Below are positions 37,893-47,644 of a stretch of 64,000 nt of DNA, one piece after another. The notes below the pieces were generated by a model. The model did not search any database, was not told the DNA's origin, and saw only the letters and a list, made by a program, of their open reading frames with translations. Source of the stretch: an uncultured Acidobacteriota bacterium (lineage in GTDB: Bacteria > Acidobacteriota > Vicinamibacteria > Vicinamibacterales > UBA2999). Both the position numbers and the translations under genes were made by a program. The stretch's first letter is position 1. The number at the start of each line of letters is the position of its first letter. The DNA lies in NCBI GenBank assembly GCA_963789815.1, contig CAWBMG010000002.1, positions 132,886 through 196,885 of the forward strand, written 5' to 3'.

Positions 37893-38525
37893 TTATCGCG
37901 GCTGGCTCTTGGCCAGTCCCTGCTTCTGCATCTCCTCGATCGACTCCTTCGCGAGCTCTTCGACGAACGCGCGAAGGCCGCGTGGATTCTTCGTCTCGCT
38001 GACAGCCGCCCACAGGAGTTGGTTGCGCGGAATGCTGTAGATCGTGGTCTCGACGACGACGACCGTCTCCTTCTGCCGTGAGCCGGGCACGTACACAGCG
38101 CCCCACCCGTAGCCGTAATATCCCCAGAATGTGCCGTAGTTAGGAGTCACCCAAGTGGCCGACGTATACGCCTGCCGCGTGTCGGCGCTGATTGGTCGCA
38201 CGACGACGACGCCTTCCACGTTGGCCTTCTCGAACCAGGGTTTGGCCGTCTCCGCGCGCAGCAGTTCCTCTTTCGGCGCGATACGGTAGGTGGCGACGGC
38301 CTGCATCCCGCGCGCGCTCAACTCCCGCACGAGCGACTCTTCCCCGGCAACACGCAACGAGTCGTCGTTCGAGATGACGAGCGCAGCCACTTTCTTCCCC
38401 GCGAAGCTGACCGAGCCGGCATCGAGCGACTTGAAAGTCGAGGTGAACGTGATCGCCGCTGAAAGCACCGCGACCGCAGTCATAGCGATCGCAGCGGTGG
38501 TGAGTACTGACACTGTTCGTCGCAT
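37893..38525 (-). CDS. DUF4136-like membrane-anchored/secreted protein
   Basis: Start moved to ATG 38525, which overlaps the upstream stop (TAATG). Shares the GYYGYGWG aromatic-glycine patch and overall layout of the DUF4136 paralogs. Confidence 0.5.
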   Translation of the reverse strand: MRRTVSVLTTAAIAMTAVAVLSAAITFTSTFKSLDAGSVSFAGKKVAALVISNDDSLRVAGEESLVRELSARGMQAVATYRIAPKEELLRAETAKPWFEKANVEGVVVVRPISADTRQAYTSATWVTPNYGTFWGYYGYGWGAVYVPGSRQKETVVVVETTIYSIPRNQLLWAAVSETKNPRGLRAFVEELAKESIEEMQKQGLAKSQPR

Positions 38526-39001
38526 TACGGGATCCTTAGTGGACTCGCGTCCGGTGACGAACGCCTGAAGCGGATCACCGTTCGTCCGGTTCTGTCGTTG
38601 AACTGCATCGTATTTCCATCCACGCGATATGTGCTGGTGAACTGGAGCGCGTTGATGAATCGGCGTTCTTGCTCCATCAGAGGCGGCTCGCAGGCCATGA
38701 GGGTTCCGCCAACACTGCCCATGCGGACGGACGGCGGGGAGGGGTTGATCTCGGCGAAATATCGGTTGCACCCGGATGAGCCTCCCACTCGGCGCTCGCT
38801 CTCAAAGGCGAGATCCGGAGGCCGGGTGCCGCTCGCCGCAACCCCGTCGACCTCAATCGCGACCCACGTGGTGCCCACAGGAGCCGCGACAGACGAAGGA
38901 GTTATCAGCACGGATTCGGATGCCGGCCACTCGCAGCCGCCTCCGAGAAGCGCCACGACGACAACGGCGTAAACGGTCGTGCAGTCGAGGTTATTCTTCA
39001 T
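38525..39001 (-). CDS. META-domain (HslJ-like) lipoprotein
   Basis: 158-aa ORF with lipobox LLGGGC. META signature GGSSGCNRYFA...GTLMACEPPLMEQERRFINALQ. Confidence 0.75.
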   Translation of the reverse strand: MKNNLDCTTVYAVVVVALLGGGCEWPASESVLITPSSVAAPVGTTWVAIEVDGVAASGTRPPDLAFESERRVGGSSGCNRYFAEINPSPPSVRMGSVGGTLMACEPPLMEQERRFINALQFTSTYRVDGNTMQFNDRTGRTVIRFRRSSPDASPLRIP

Positions 39002-39060
39002 GACACATCAACTCCCATGTGCGATGACCCTCAGCCGATGCACCGGGATCACCTGTTGTA

Positions 39061-40395
39061 CTACGCCGCAGCCCGCGGAGCCGCGCCTGAGACGGTGAGC
39101 GTTTTGTAATAGCGCCCGACACGCCAAGCAAGGACCAGAAACACGACGACGAGGATGACGTTCACGAGTGCGAATCCACTCGGCGGCAGCACGAAGAAGG
39201 TCGTCCCGACGAAGACGAGCATCGCCGACAGCACGTCTCCGATCCGGACGAAGAACGAGTCGATCGCCTGTTTGGCGCTGAACTTCTCCTCGTACGTGCA
39301 CGGCAGGAACAGCATGTTGCGCACGGTGTTGTTCAGCGAGTAGTCGGTCGCGTTCTCGGCGACTTTGGCGCCCAGCACGGCGTAGAGCGTCGGTACGAAG
39401 AACAGGATGTTGTAGGCACCGAACGACAGAGCCGGCAGGACCATCACGGCCCAGGCAACCCCCCAGTACTTTATGATGCGAGAAACCACGAATAACTGAA
39501 GCACGAGGCTGATCGCGTTCACGAGCGTGAAGTACTTCGCGTAGAAATCGCCGATCAGCTGCCCTTCGTCGAGCCCGCCGGCCTGGCCCGAGGCAATCAT
39601 CGCTGACGCCGTGTCTTTCACGATGCGGCCGAGGATGTACTCCCCCGTCGTATTGATCCAGTTCAACATCAGCAGCATCACGCCTATCAGCAGGAGGTAG
39701 CGCGTCTTGAAGACCAGCGCGAACGCGTTGGTGGGCGCGGTGGCCTTTGCTTTCTTGGCAACGAGCGGGTGACGGCCGCGTTCCACGCGATCGACGTGAT
39801 TGGTGAGCAGCAACTGAGCACCCACCACGGCGGCACCGACCAGCATGAGCTGGAGGACGCCAAAGGGCTCGATGAGACGATCGGCGACCAGGGATCCGGC
39901 AACGGCTCCGAGCGAGGCGCCGAAGCCGACGATGACGAACAGCCGCTCCCCTTCTTCCTTCGAGTACACGTCGTTGGCAAACGACCAGAACTGCGCAACG
40001 ATCATGAGATTGAAGATGCCGATCCAGACGAAGAAGATCGCCCCGAGCGGCACGCCGGCCCGTGCCAGCAAGTAAAAGACTGGCGGACAGATGATAAAGA
40101 AGGCCGTGACGATGTTGATCAACTTCATACGAGGAAATCTGGCGACGAGACGGCCGTAATAGGGAACGACGAACGCCAGCAACACCACCTGACCGGCGGA
40201 CAGGTAGCTCTTGAGCTCCGCCGTGCCCTCTCCAAGGATGAGCGCCTCGCGCACAGTCTTCAAAATGTAGTACGCCATCAGGATCAGGAAGACGTTCAGG
40301 GCGAGGAGCAGCGCCGTTCGTGCCTCTCCAGAGCGCACCTCCGTGAACAGGTTGAGGAAGCGCTCGAGTCCAGATGTGCGGGCCTGCTCAGGCAT
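39061..40395 (-). CDS. TLC/Npt1-like (ATP:ADP antiporter family) MFS-type transporter
   Basis: 444-aa polytopic ORF. The N-terminal FLILMAYYILKTVREALILGEGTAELKSYLSAGQVV resembles the TLC-family signature (compare Rickettsia Tlc LLNYSLLRSLKDSLV...AEVIPFLKVWG, from memory). Confidence 0.55.
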   Translation of the reverse strand: MPEQARTSGLERFLNLFTEVRSGEARTALLLALNVFLILMAYYILKTVREALILGEGTAELKSYLSAGQVVLLAFVVPYYGRLVARFPRMKLINIVTAFFIICPPVFYLLARAGVPLGAIFFVWIGIFNLMIVAQFWSFANDVYSKEEGERLFVIVGFGASLGAVAGSLVADRLIEPFGVLQLMLVGAAVVGAQLLLTNHVDRVERGRHPLVAKKAKATAPTNAFALVFKTRYLLLIGVMLLMLNWINTTGEYILGRIVKDTASAMIASGQAGGLDEGQLIGDFYAKYFTLVNAISLVLQLFVVSRIIKYWGVAWAVMVLPALSFGAYNILFFVPTLYAVLGAKVAENATDYSLNNTVRNMLFLPCTYEEKFSAKQAIDSFFVRIGDVLSAMLVFVGTTFFVLPPSGFALVNVILVVVFLVLAWRVGRYYKTLTVSGAAPRAAA

Positions 40396-40401
40396 GCGGC
40401 G

Positions 40402-42543
40402 TCACTCCACCCAATGCAGAACGTTGCGGACGATCGACCAGCGCGGCTGGCGCGGCGCGGCGTCCTGCCCGAGAATCCAGTGCTTGTACGCGGCGTCGAG
40501 CGTGCCGTCTTTGCGCTTCAATGCGATCCACGTGTTCACGAAACTCGCCAACCGCTCGTCGCGTTTGCCGATCGGATACGCGAGCGGCACATGGATCGGG
40601 TCGGGGCCTGGCACGACCACTGAGTACGCCGGATACATCAAGGTCCATGCCGACCCACGCTCGGCGGGGACCGCCAGCGCGTCCGCGTGCGTGACTGCTC
40701 GGTCGAACAATGGTTCGAGGGCGGCGGCGTGTACCTGGATCACGGCACGCGGCAGCAACTCTCGGAGCTTGCGGACGTAGTACGGCACATCGGGAACGGC
40801 GATCGTCAGCGCGCCTCGATCGCGAATGGCGTCCCAGGTGGCGTACTGTTCGCGTTGGTCATCCGGGACGATGAACGCGAGTGTTTCGTCCAGATACGAA
40901 TCCGAGAAAAGCACTTCCCTCGCCCGGTTCGTGGTCACGGCCACGCCCGACATCACGAGGTCGCAGTAACCCTCCGCGAGCTGCTCCGCCAACCTTTCAC
41001 GATCGATGGGCACGAATGCGAGGCTGACGCCCATCTCGCGCGCCAGGCGATGCGCGAGCTCGACATCGAAGCCCACCAGGTCTTGGTCCTGATTGAAAAA
41101 CGCGAAGGGCAGCGCGTCGGGCAGGTACCCGACGCGCAGCAGCTTGCGCGCGTCGATCGTCTCGAGCGGCGGCAGGTTCGTGACAGGTGCCGGCGACGAA
41201 GTGCGTGCCACGGTGGCGTTGACCGGTTCATGCAGCAAGTGCATCGACGCGAGCACTGTGTCCTTTGAATACTCCCGGGACAGACCGTTGGCAAAAACCA
41301 TCCGTGTGCCACCGATGACCAGGACGACGAGGGCAGCGGTAACACCTGCGTACGACAGAAATGGTCCGCGTCGCCAGCGAAGGTGGCCGGTAACGGCGCA
41401 GGCGACGAGGAGCGCGACGGTGAGCGTATGCACTGCCGCCACGAGCGACCCCGCGCGCGAGTTGACGACGCCCGTCGCGAGAAAGAGCTGAAACGTATCG
41501 GCTGGAATCCGGAACTGGTCGAGGAGAAACGGCACGGCCGCGGTGAGGCTCCCGAAGAAAGTCACGAGGCCTGCGAGCGCCAACTGGGGATAGCCAGACA
41601 GGGGCACCGGCACGTCGGCGAACCAGCCCGCGAAGAGGACAAAGCTCAGGGAGAGGAGCTTCCCCGTATGCGGGAAATTGAAAGACGCCGGCACGATGAC
41701 CTCCGTCAGCCGGCCCGGCTCCGCGTCGCCTGGACTGAGCCGACCAAGGAGTCTGCGGCTGGCCTGCATGAGACCCGGCAGCACGATGAACAGGTCGCCG
41801 GCGATGAACGCCGTGACGAGCGCGTCGCGCGACTCGCCGAGGACATCCCTTGCTCGAATCGGGGTGAGTACGGCGACCAGTCCCGGGAGCACCCACAGAC
41901 TGACCAGCAGAGCCACCGCGACGTACGCCACGAGGTAGACCTGCAAACGGCCCAACTGCTCCAGACCAAGTGTTCCCGCTGCGTTGGCCGCAATCGCAAA
42001 TATTCCGTACGGAGTCAGCCGAGTGATGAAGCGCGTTGCCGCTGAAATCGCGTCTCTGGCGACCTGCAGGACGTCGAGCAGGCGCTCCCGCCGTTCGACA
42101 CCAGCTACGGCGATGCCCAGAATGAGGGAGAAGAGAACCACGGCTGGCACGACGTTGTTCGCCAGGGAATTGAACGGGTTCGCTGGAATGTAGAGATCGA
42201 TGAAGTCAAATGAGGCCCGCCGCTCCACGAGACTCGAACTGAAAAACGAGGCGTTTTGAACGTGGGGAAATGTCAGAGAGACCAGGAACGCGAACGACAG
42301 CGCCACGAGCCACAGCCCGCCAATCACCGCCGCGGCGCGCAAGCCCAGCGTGCGGAGCTCGGAGGGCCGGAGCGACCCGAGACTGGCGACGATCGAGACG
42401 GTGATGTAGGGCAACACCATCATCTGGAGCAGCTTGACGAACCCGTCGGCCGCCCACTTGAGCGCCGCCGCGCGCTCGCCGAAGAACAACCCGGTGAGGA
42501 TGCCAAGACCGAGCCCGGTAAGGATCTGTCGTGAGAAGGTCAT
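40402..42543 (-). CDS. Fusion protein: dicarboxylate/amino-acid:cation symporter (DAACS/SDF) + C-terminal family-3 solute-binding domain
   Basis: 713-aa ORF. The N-terminal ~420 aa is polytopic and SDF-like (KLLQMMVLPYITVSIVASLG, GTLGLEQLGRL). The C-terminal ~260 aa is LRVGYLPDALPFAFFNQDQDLVGFDVELAHRLAREMGVSLAFVPIDRERLAEQLAEGYCDLVMSGVAVT (SBP_bac_3). Confidence 0.8.
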   Translation of the reverse strand: MTFSRQILTGLGLGILTGLFFGERAAALKWAADGFVKLLQMMVLPYITVSIVASLGSLRPSELRTLGLRAAAVIGGLWLVALSFAFLVSLTFPHVQNASFFSSSLVERRASFDFIDLYIPANPFNSLANNVVPAVVLFSLILGIAVAGVERRERLLDVLQVARDAISAATRFITRLTPYGIFAIAANAAGTLGLEQLGRLQVYLVAYVAVALLVSLWVLPGLVAVLTPIRARDVLGESRDALVTAFIAGDLFIVLPGLMQASRRLLGRLSPGDAEPGRLTEVIVPASFNFPHTGKLLSLSFVLFAGWFADVPVPLSGYPQLALAGLVTFFGSLTAAVPFLLDQFRIPADTFQLFLATGVVNSRAGSLVAAVHTLTVALLVACAVTGHLRWRRGPFLSYAGVTAALVVLVIGGTRMVFANGLSREYSKDTVLASMHLLHEPVNATVARTSSPAPVTNLPPLETIDARKLLRVGYLPDALPFAFFNQDQDLVGFDVELAHRLAREMGVSLAFVPIDRERLAEQLAEGYCDLVMSGVAVTTNRAREVLFSDSYLDETLAFIVPDDQREQYATWDAIRDRGALTIAVPDVPYYVRKLRELLPRAVIQVHAAALEPLFDRAVTHADALAVPAERGSAWTLMYPAYSVVVPGPDPIHVPLAYPIGKRDERLASFVNTWIALKRKDGTLDAAYKHWILGQDAAPRQPRWSIVRNVLHWVE

Positions 42544-42675
42544 GGGCCATCGCCTGCAACGGCAAGAAGGCGACCGCCACCGCGCAACTGCTGTGGCGGA
42601 AATCCCACTTCAATTGCGGTGATGTCGCACGATCACTCACGGCATACTGTCATCGCCAAGCTCTACCGTCGGCTC

Positions 42676-43219
42676 TCACCCCTTCTTGGGTGGATAGTTC
42701 TTGAAGATCTTCTTCACGGCCTCCGTGATGTTCTTGTCCCGCTTCTCGGCCTTCGCCTGGGTGTCGACTTCCTTGACGCCCATGCCGCGCCACACGACCT
42801 CCTGCTTCGTCGCGTCGGCGATATCGATGACGAGCGTGCCGACGAGGATCTCGTTGACGCGCACGTCGGTCGTGCCCCAGCCGCCGCCCCACCCATAGCC
42901 ATAGCCACCGTAGCCGCCGCCGCCGGTGCTGTAGGTGGTGATGTCCTGCTTCTTGTCGAAGGCCACGTGGTAGACGACGACGACGTCCGGGGTCGCGTCG
43001 TTGCGCGTCAGCCCCTTGGCCGCGAGCTCCGTCTCGATGGCCGCGACGATCCGGTTGTCGATCAACGGATCGCCGACCTTCGTGCCGTCCTTGAGGGTGT
43101 AGGTCTTGATCGTCGAGAAGTCCGTCGATCTTGTCGAAGTCGAAGCTGGTTTTCTGCGCCAGCGCGAGCGCGGGCAGCCAGGAGGACGATGGCCGCGGCT
43201 GCCACAGAAGCACTTTCAT
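42676..43219 (-). pseudogene. Decayed DUF4136 gene (copy 1 of the duplicated pair)
   Basis: Homologous along its length to intact 50567..51115, but the frame changes three times. ATG AAA is in one frame, the hydrophobic core SASVAAAAIVLLAA in a second, ALALAQKTSFDFDK in the first again, and DFSTIKTYTLKDGTKVGDPLIDNRIVAAIE... in a third. The track shows only fragments (42676..43065, 42650..43219). Confidence 0.7.
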
Positions 43220-43231
43220 GACATCCCTCCT

Positions 43232-43926
43232 TCAGAAGCGGAAGCCGAACGTGAGCGGGTAGTAGCTGCCGTTGGCGCTGCCACCGCCCGTGCTCTGTCG
43301 TGCCCACCGGCAGGTCGCGGTCGTCGATCTCCGGGCCCCAGCACGTAGTGAAACCGCGATCTCGACGTAGAACTCCGCGGACTCGCCGATGCCAAACCCG
43401 ACGCCGCCGCCGATGTTGAACCCGAAGTCCCAGCCGCCGCGCGATCCGACGCACCGCGTCGATCGGGATACGTGCCGCACACGTACCAGTACGGGTCGCA
43501 GATGACGCCGTTGCCGACGTACTCCGTGATCTCCACCTTGCGGTTGTACATGCCCGGGCCGGCGACGATATAGGGCCGGATCGGCGCTTCCGGCCTGCGT
43601 CAGGTTCCCGATGACGTTGAAGTCCAGCTGGTGCATCGTGTGGTTGGCCGAGAACCGCGTCGCCCCAAAGAACGGCGCGTCGTCCTTGATGTCGAACCAG
43701 CGGTAGGCGTACTCGAACTGGAAGCCAACGCGGTTACTGGGCCCTCGAAGGTGACGCCGATCGCCGGGCCCCAGCCGTTCCCGAAGTGGTCCCCGAGATC
43801 GCCGGCGTTAAAGGTGGGCCCGCCGCCCAGGTTCACGTACACCCGCCTGTCCTGGGCGCTGCCGACCGACGGCGTGAGCGCCAGAAGCAGGGCGCCGATC
43901 AGGACCAACTGTGCGAATCGCGTCAT
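43232..43926 (-). pseudogene. Decayed small beta-barrel OMP gene (copy 1)
   Basis: Aligned by hand to 51122..51808, it shows nine indel events: +1,+2,+1,+1,+1,+1,+1,+1,-1, net +8 nt. The N-terminus MTRFAQLVLIGALLLALTPSVGSAQDRRVYVNLGGGPTFNAGDLGDHFGNGWGPAIGVTFEGP is intact, then the frame is lost. Confidence 0.7.
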
Positions 43927-44166
43927 GTCACAAGCCTCCTCCCCTCTGCTGAGCAAGAGACAGGCCACGCCTGCGAACCGAACAGACGCTGACATTCCAC
44001 CGACAAACTCGCCGGCGCCGGTGACGCACATCCGCCGCCGAGCGACCGTCTCGCCAACCGCCGAGACCTCGCTGACAACATACGGTGACGCACACCGGAT
44101 CTGGAGGCGAGACCCGCCGCCACAAAAGACTGGGCCGCGGTCCATGTCTTGCACTCGCCGAGGCCA

Positions 44167-45354
44167 ATGTCCACTCGACTGTTGCTGCTCGCGTCCGTCC
44201 TGGCCGCGATGCCTGCGATGGCTATCGCGCAGGAGACGCGCACCGGGTTGATCGGCGCCGAACAGGCCGACAAGGCCACCCGTCTCGCCCCGCACGAGCC
44301 GCATTGGGCCGAGAACCTTCTGTTGAGCGTGCGCAAGTCACTCATCGAGCAACCCGCGGGCTTCTATCCGTACTTCGACAGTGTTTACAGTGGCGGTGGA
44401 TTCACGCTTGGCGCCGGGTATCGCCGTTTCACGGGCGACCGAACGCAGTTGAACGTGGAGGGGTTGTATTCGGGAAAGAGCTACAAACTGATCCGGGCGG
44501 GCGCAACATCGCCAGGTCACTTCTCCGAGCACCTCGACCTTCACGCCACCGTTTCATGGCGGGACGCCACGCAGGTGGCCTATCACGGGCTGGGGATTGA
44601 CAGCCCGGCTGATGCCGACACCGCCTTTCGCATGCAGCAGGCATACGCCGGCGGCGACGTGACCGTGCGGCCCCACCGGTTGTTGCTGCTCACCGCCGCG
44701 GTCTCGCTCGAGGACTACGCCCTGAAGGATCCCACCGGGTCTCACACGCCGGTCGAGGCCGTATTCACGCCCCAGACCGCCCCCGGTCTCGGAGTCGATC
44801 CGATGTATCTGCACACGACGACGTCTGCGTCGTTTGATTGGAGGCCTGCCGCCGACTACGCGCGACGCGGGGGGCTCTACAAGATTGCTCGTCATCACTA
44901 CGCCGACCAGGACGGCACGTACAGTTTCGACCGTCTCGATGCCGAGGTCGTTCAGCACATTCCGATCCTGAGGGAGAACTGGGTGATCTCGTTACACGGC
45001 CGGCTCGAAACGACCCTCGACGATGACGACCAGGTGCCGTATTTCATGCTGCCGGCGCTTGGCAGTGGCAGCACACTGCGCGGCTATAGCAGTTGGCGCT
45101 TCCGCGACCGACACGCGATGTTGCTGTCGGGCGAGTGGCGGTGGATCCCGAATCGAATGGCACTCGACATGGCGTTCTTCTACGACGCCGGCATGGTCGC
45201 ACCACATCTCGATGCGATCGCGCTGCACTCGTTTGTCAGCGACTTCGGCGTGGGCATACGGTTTCACGGGCCGGCGCGCACGCCGCTGCGCGTCGAGTTC
45301 GCAAAAGGGTCCGAAGGCTTGCAGGTCGTGTTCTCGGCGAGCGCGGCGTTCTGA
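44167..45354 (+). CDS. Omp85-like (surface-antigen) beta-barrel outer-membrane protein without recognisable POTRA
   Basis: Start at ATG 44167 ([22 protein letters not shown]). Barrel motif [17 protein letters not shown]. Terminal ...[11 protein letters not shown]. Confidence 0.65.
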   Translation: MSTRLLLLASVLAAMPAMAIAQETRTGLIGAEQADKATRLAPHEPHWAENLLLSVRKSLIEQPAGFYPYFDSVYSGGGFTLGAGYRRFTGDRTQLNVEGLYSGKSYKLIRAGATSPGHFSEHLDLHATVSWRDATQVAYHGLGIDSPADADTAFRMQQAYAGGDVTVRPHRLLLLTAAVSLEDYALKDPTGSHTPVEAVFTPQTAPGLGVDPMYLHTTTSASFDWRPAADYARRGGLYKIARHHYADQDGTYSFDRLDAEVVQHIPILRENWVISLHGRLETTLDDDDQVPYFMLPALGSGSTLRGYSSWRFRDRHAMLLSGEWRWIPNRMALDMAFFYDAGMVAPHLDAIALHSFVSDFGVGIRFHGPARTPLRVEFAKGSEGLQVVFSASAAF

Positions 45355-45356
45355 CC

Positions 45357-47012
45357 ATGACCGCACCAATACGACTCGTTGCGCGACTTGGACTCTGCTG
45401 CCTTTTAGCCATCGGCTCGGCGCTGCTGGCCGGCGCCGAACCCCGGTTCTTCGATGACGATCCGCTGACGCGGGAGCCCGACACGCAGGATGCGTCGAAG
45501 GTAGAGGAGTGGGAGATCGATTTGTTTCTCGATCTGGCAACGAACCTCTTTGGCCGGCCCGGTGACCCCACACCCGACGTGCGCGCGCGAAACATCAACA
45601 CGATTGACGAGGTGCCGGATTCGAACTGGTTCACCAACCGTGTCCTGGCGCGGCCAGTAACACCGGACGACCTGTCACGCGGCCCGCTCACCGGCAGCGG
45701 GCCGGCGCCAGGACCCTGGGTGGTGGTGTCGCGCAAGCTGGCGGGCGCCGCGCCTGGGTTCACGATGCGAGACTCGCGCGGCGATCTCTGGTTCGTGTCG
45801 TTCGATGCGGCTGGCCAACCCGAAGCGGCCACCGGCGCGATCATGGTCGCCAACAAGATTTTCTGGGCGCTCGGGTACTGGCAGGTAGAGAACTATCTAA
45901 TCACCATCGCGCCGGACCAGATCTCCGTGTCTGAAGCGGCAACTTTCACTCCAGCCTCTGGACGAGAGCGCCAGATGGAGCCGCGCGATCTGGAGGATGT
46001 CTTCAAGCGTGCGCACCGGAGCGCGGACGGCAGCTTTCGCGCCGTCGCCGCCGGTGCGTTGCCCGGCCGTCCGATTGGCGGGTTTCGGTACTACGGCACG
46101 CGTCCAGACGACCCGAACGACGTCGTCCCTCACGAACACCGGCGCGAGCTGAGAGCACTGAAGGTGTTTGGCGCGTGGACCAACCTGGTAGACATGAAGG
46201 CGGGCAACTCGCTCGATACCGTCGTCGTCGACAACGGTCGCAGCGTAGTGCGGCACTACCTGCAGGATGTCGGGTCCACGTTTGGTACAGGCGCCAACGG
46301 CCCTCGCGAGTACGACGAAGGGTGGGAGTTGCTGTATGACGGCAAGCTGACCCGAAAGCGGCTGGCGAGTCTCGGCTTCTTCATCGAGCCGTGGCAAACG
46401 GCGAAGTATGTCGAGCATCCCTCCATCGGGCGATTCGAGGGCGACGAGTTCGATCCGCCGGAATGGCGGCCTCGCGTCGCGACAGCGGCCTTCCTGCGCG
46501 CACGCGCCGACGACAACTTCTGGGCGGCGCGACGCGTCACGGCCTTCACAGACGAGATGATCCGAAGCGCCGTGCGGGCGGGTCGCTACTCCGATCCTGC
46601 CGCGGCGGCGCTCCTCGGTGACGTCTTGATCAAGCGTCGCGAGAAGATTGCGGGCGCGTACCTCCCGGCGGTCAATCCACTGATCGACTTCGCGCTTTCC
46701 GGCAATGGGCGTCTGACGTTCCGCAACGCTGCCGTGGACGCACGCGTATCCCCGCCGCCACCAAGCGGCTACAGCGCGAGCTGGGCAGAGTTCGACAACG
46801 CCACGGGCCAAACCAGGTCGCTCGGGGAGGCCACGACGTCGCTTTCGAACGAGATCCCCGCGCCCAGTGCTCTCTCATCCGTGGGGGCGTTCGTACGAGT
46901 CCAGGTCTCGGCGATCGGAACGGCTTACGCTGAGTGGAAGCAACCCGTCAGTGTGTACTTTCGGCGGGCGGCCGGTGATTGGCGGCTGGTCGCTCTCGAG
47001 CGAGTTCCGTAG
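45357..47012 (+). CDS. Secreted protein of unknown family with a protein-kinase-like catalytic-loop motif
   Basis: Start moved to ATG 45357, 2 nt after the upstream stop. Signal peptide [27 protein letters not shown]. Motifs [14 protein letters not shown] (D-x-K-x-x-N, nt 46191-46208) and [10 protein letters not shown] (D-x-G, from nt 46266). Confidence 0.55.
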   Translation: MTAPIRLVARLGLCCLLAIGSALLAGAEPRFFDDDPLTREPDTQDASKVEEWEIDLFLDLATNLFGRPGDPTPDVRARNINTIDEVPDSNWFTNRVLARPVTPDDLSRGPLTGSGPAPGPWVVVSRKLAGAAPGFTMRDSRGDLWFVSFDAAGQPEAATGAIMVANKIFWALGYWQVENYLITIAPDQISVSEAATFTPASGRERQMEPRDLEDVFKRAHRSADGSFRAVAAGALPGRPIGGFRYYGTRPDDPNDVVPHEHRRELRALKVFGAWTNLVDMKAGNSLDTVVVDNGRSVVRHYLQDVGSTFGTGANGPREYDEGWELLYDGKLTRKRLASLGFFIEPWQTAKYVEHPSIGRFEGDEFDPPEWRPRVATAAFLRARADDNFWAARRVTAFTDEMIRSAVRAGRYSDPAAAALLGDVLIKRREKIAGAYLPAVNPLIDFALSGNGRLTFRNAAVDARVSPPPPSGYSASWAEFDNATGQTRSLGEATTSLSNEIPAPSALSSVGAFVRVQVSAIGTAYAEWKQPVSVYFRRAAGDWRLVALERVP

Positions 47013-47027
47013 TTAGGGCGATACATC

Positions 47028-47612
47028 ATGCAACCAGCAAAATCGATCATCGTGGTGTTGGCAATCGCGACGGCACTGGCGCTCACAATGGACGTGGCCC
47101 TCGAGGGGGTCGACGTGAATGTCGAGTATCACAAAGCCTTCGACTTCAAGTCAGTGCGCACCTGGGCGTGGAATGCCGAAGGTGCCGGCAAGGTCATCAT
47201 GGCCCGCACTCAGGAGGACGATCCAGCTGCAATGCAAAGCAGGGCCGAGCCGATTATCCTGGATGCGGTGGCGACCGAATTGACGGGTCGCGGTCTGCAA
47301 CGGGCAGAGGCCCAGCCGGACCTGGTGATCACCTACACCCTCCTCCTGACCACCAACATGACCACGCAGACCATCGGCCAGTTTCTGCCGGCGACGACGG
47401 CGTGGGGCTACGTCGGGGTTGCGCCGGCGACACAGTCCATCAAGATGATGAACCAGGGTGCGCTGGTCCTCGACTTGAGCACCAAGGACGTCGTGATCTG
47501 GCGCGGCGTGGCCCAGGCCCGGGTCGCGTTTGAGGCGGACAACAAGAAGCGCGAGGCGATTCTCCGCGAGGGAGTGCGCGATCTACTCAAGCGCTACCCA
47601 CCGAAACAGTAG
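47028..47612 (+). CDS. DUF4136 protein
   Basis: 194-aa ORF with a signal peptide. FDFKSVRTWAW...DLVITYTLLL...GALVLDLSTKDVVIWRGVAQARV...AILREGVRDLLKRYPPKQ parallels 50567..51115. Confidence 0.7.
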   Translation: MQPAKSIIVVLAIATALALTMDVALEGVDVNVEYHKAFDFKSVRTWAWNAEGAGKVIMARTQEDDPAAMQSRAEPIILDAVATELTGRGLQRAEAQPDLVITYTLLLTTNMTTQTIGQFLPATTAWGYVGVAPATQSIKMMNQGALVLDLSTKDVVIWRGVAQARVAFEADNKKREAILREGVRDLLKRYPPKQ

Positions 47613-47644
47613 TTCACAACCTTCTTGCGTTGCGGGGTGAATTC

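Larger units (their letters stand above)
42676..44160. repeat. 1.5-kb dispersed direct repeat, copy 1 (degenerate)
   Basis: Collinear with 50567..52043 from the DUF4136 stop codon through the OMP gene and about 235 nt of upstream non-coding DNA, ending at ...GTCTTGCACTCGCCGAGG. Few substitutions (I estimate well above 90% identity), plus many 1-nt indels. Confidence 0.85.

Noticed and set aside
42676-44160. Whether the 1.5-kb repeats are insertion sequences or other mobile elements
   Set aside because: They have no transposase, integrase or terminal inverted repeats. The content is two envelope genes plus their promoter region, so this is a segmental duplication.
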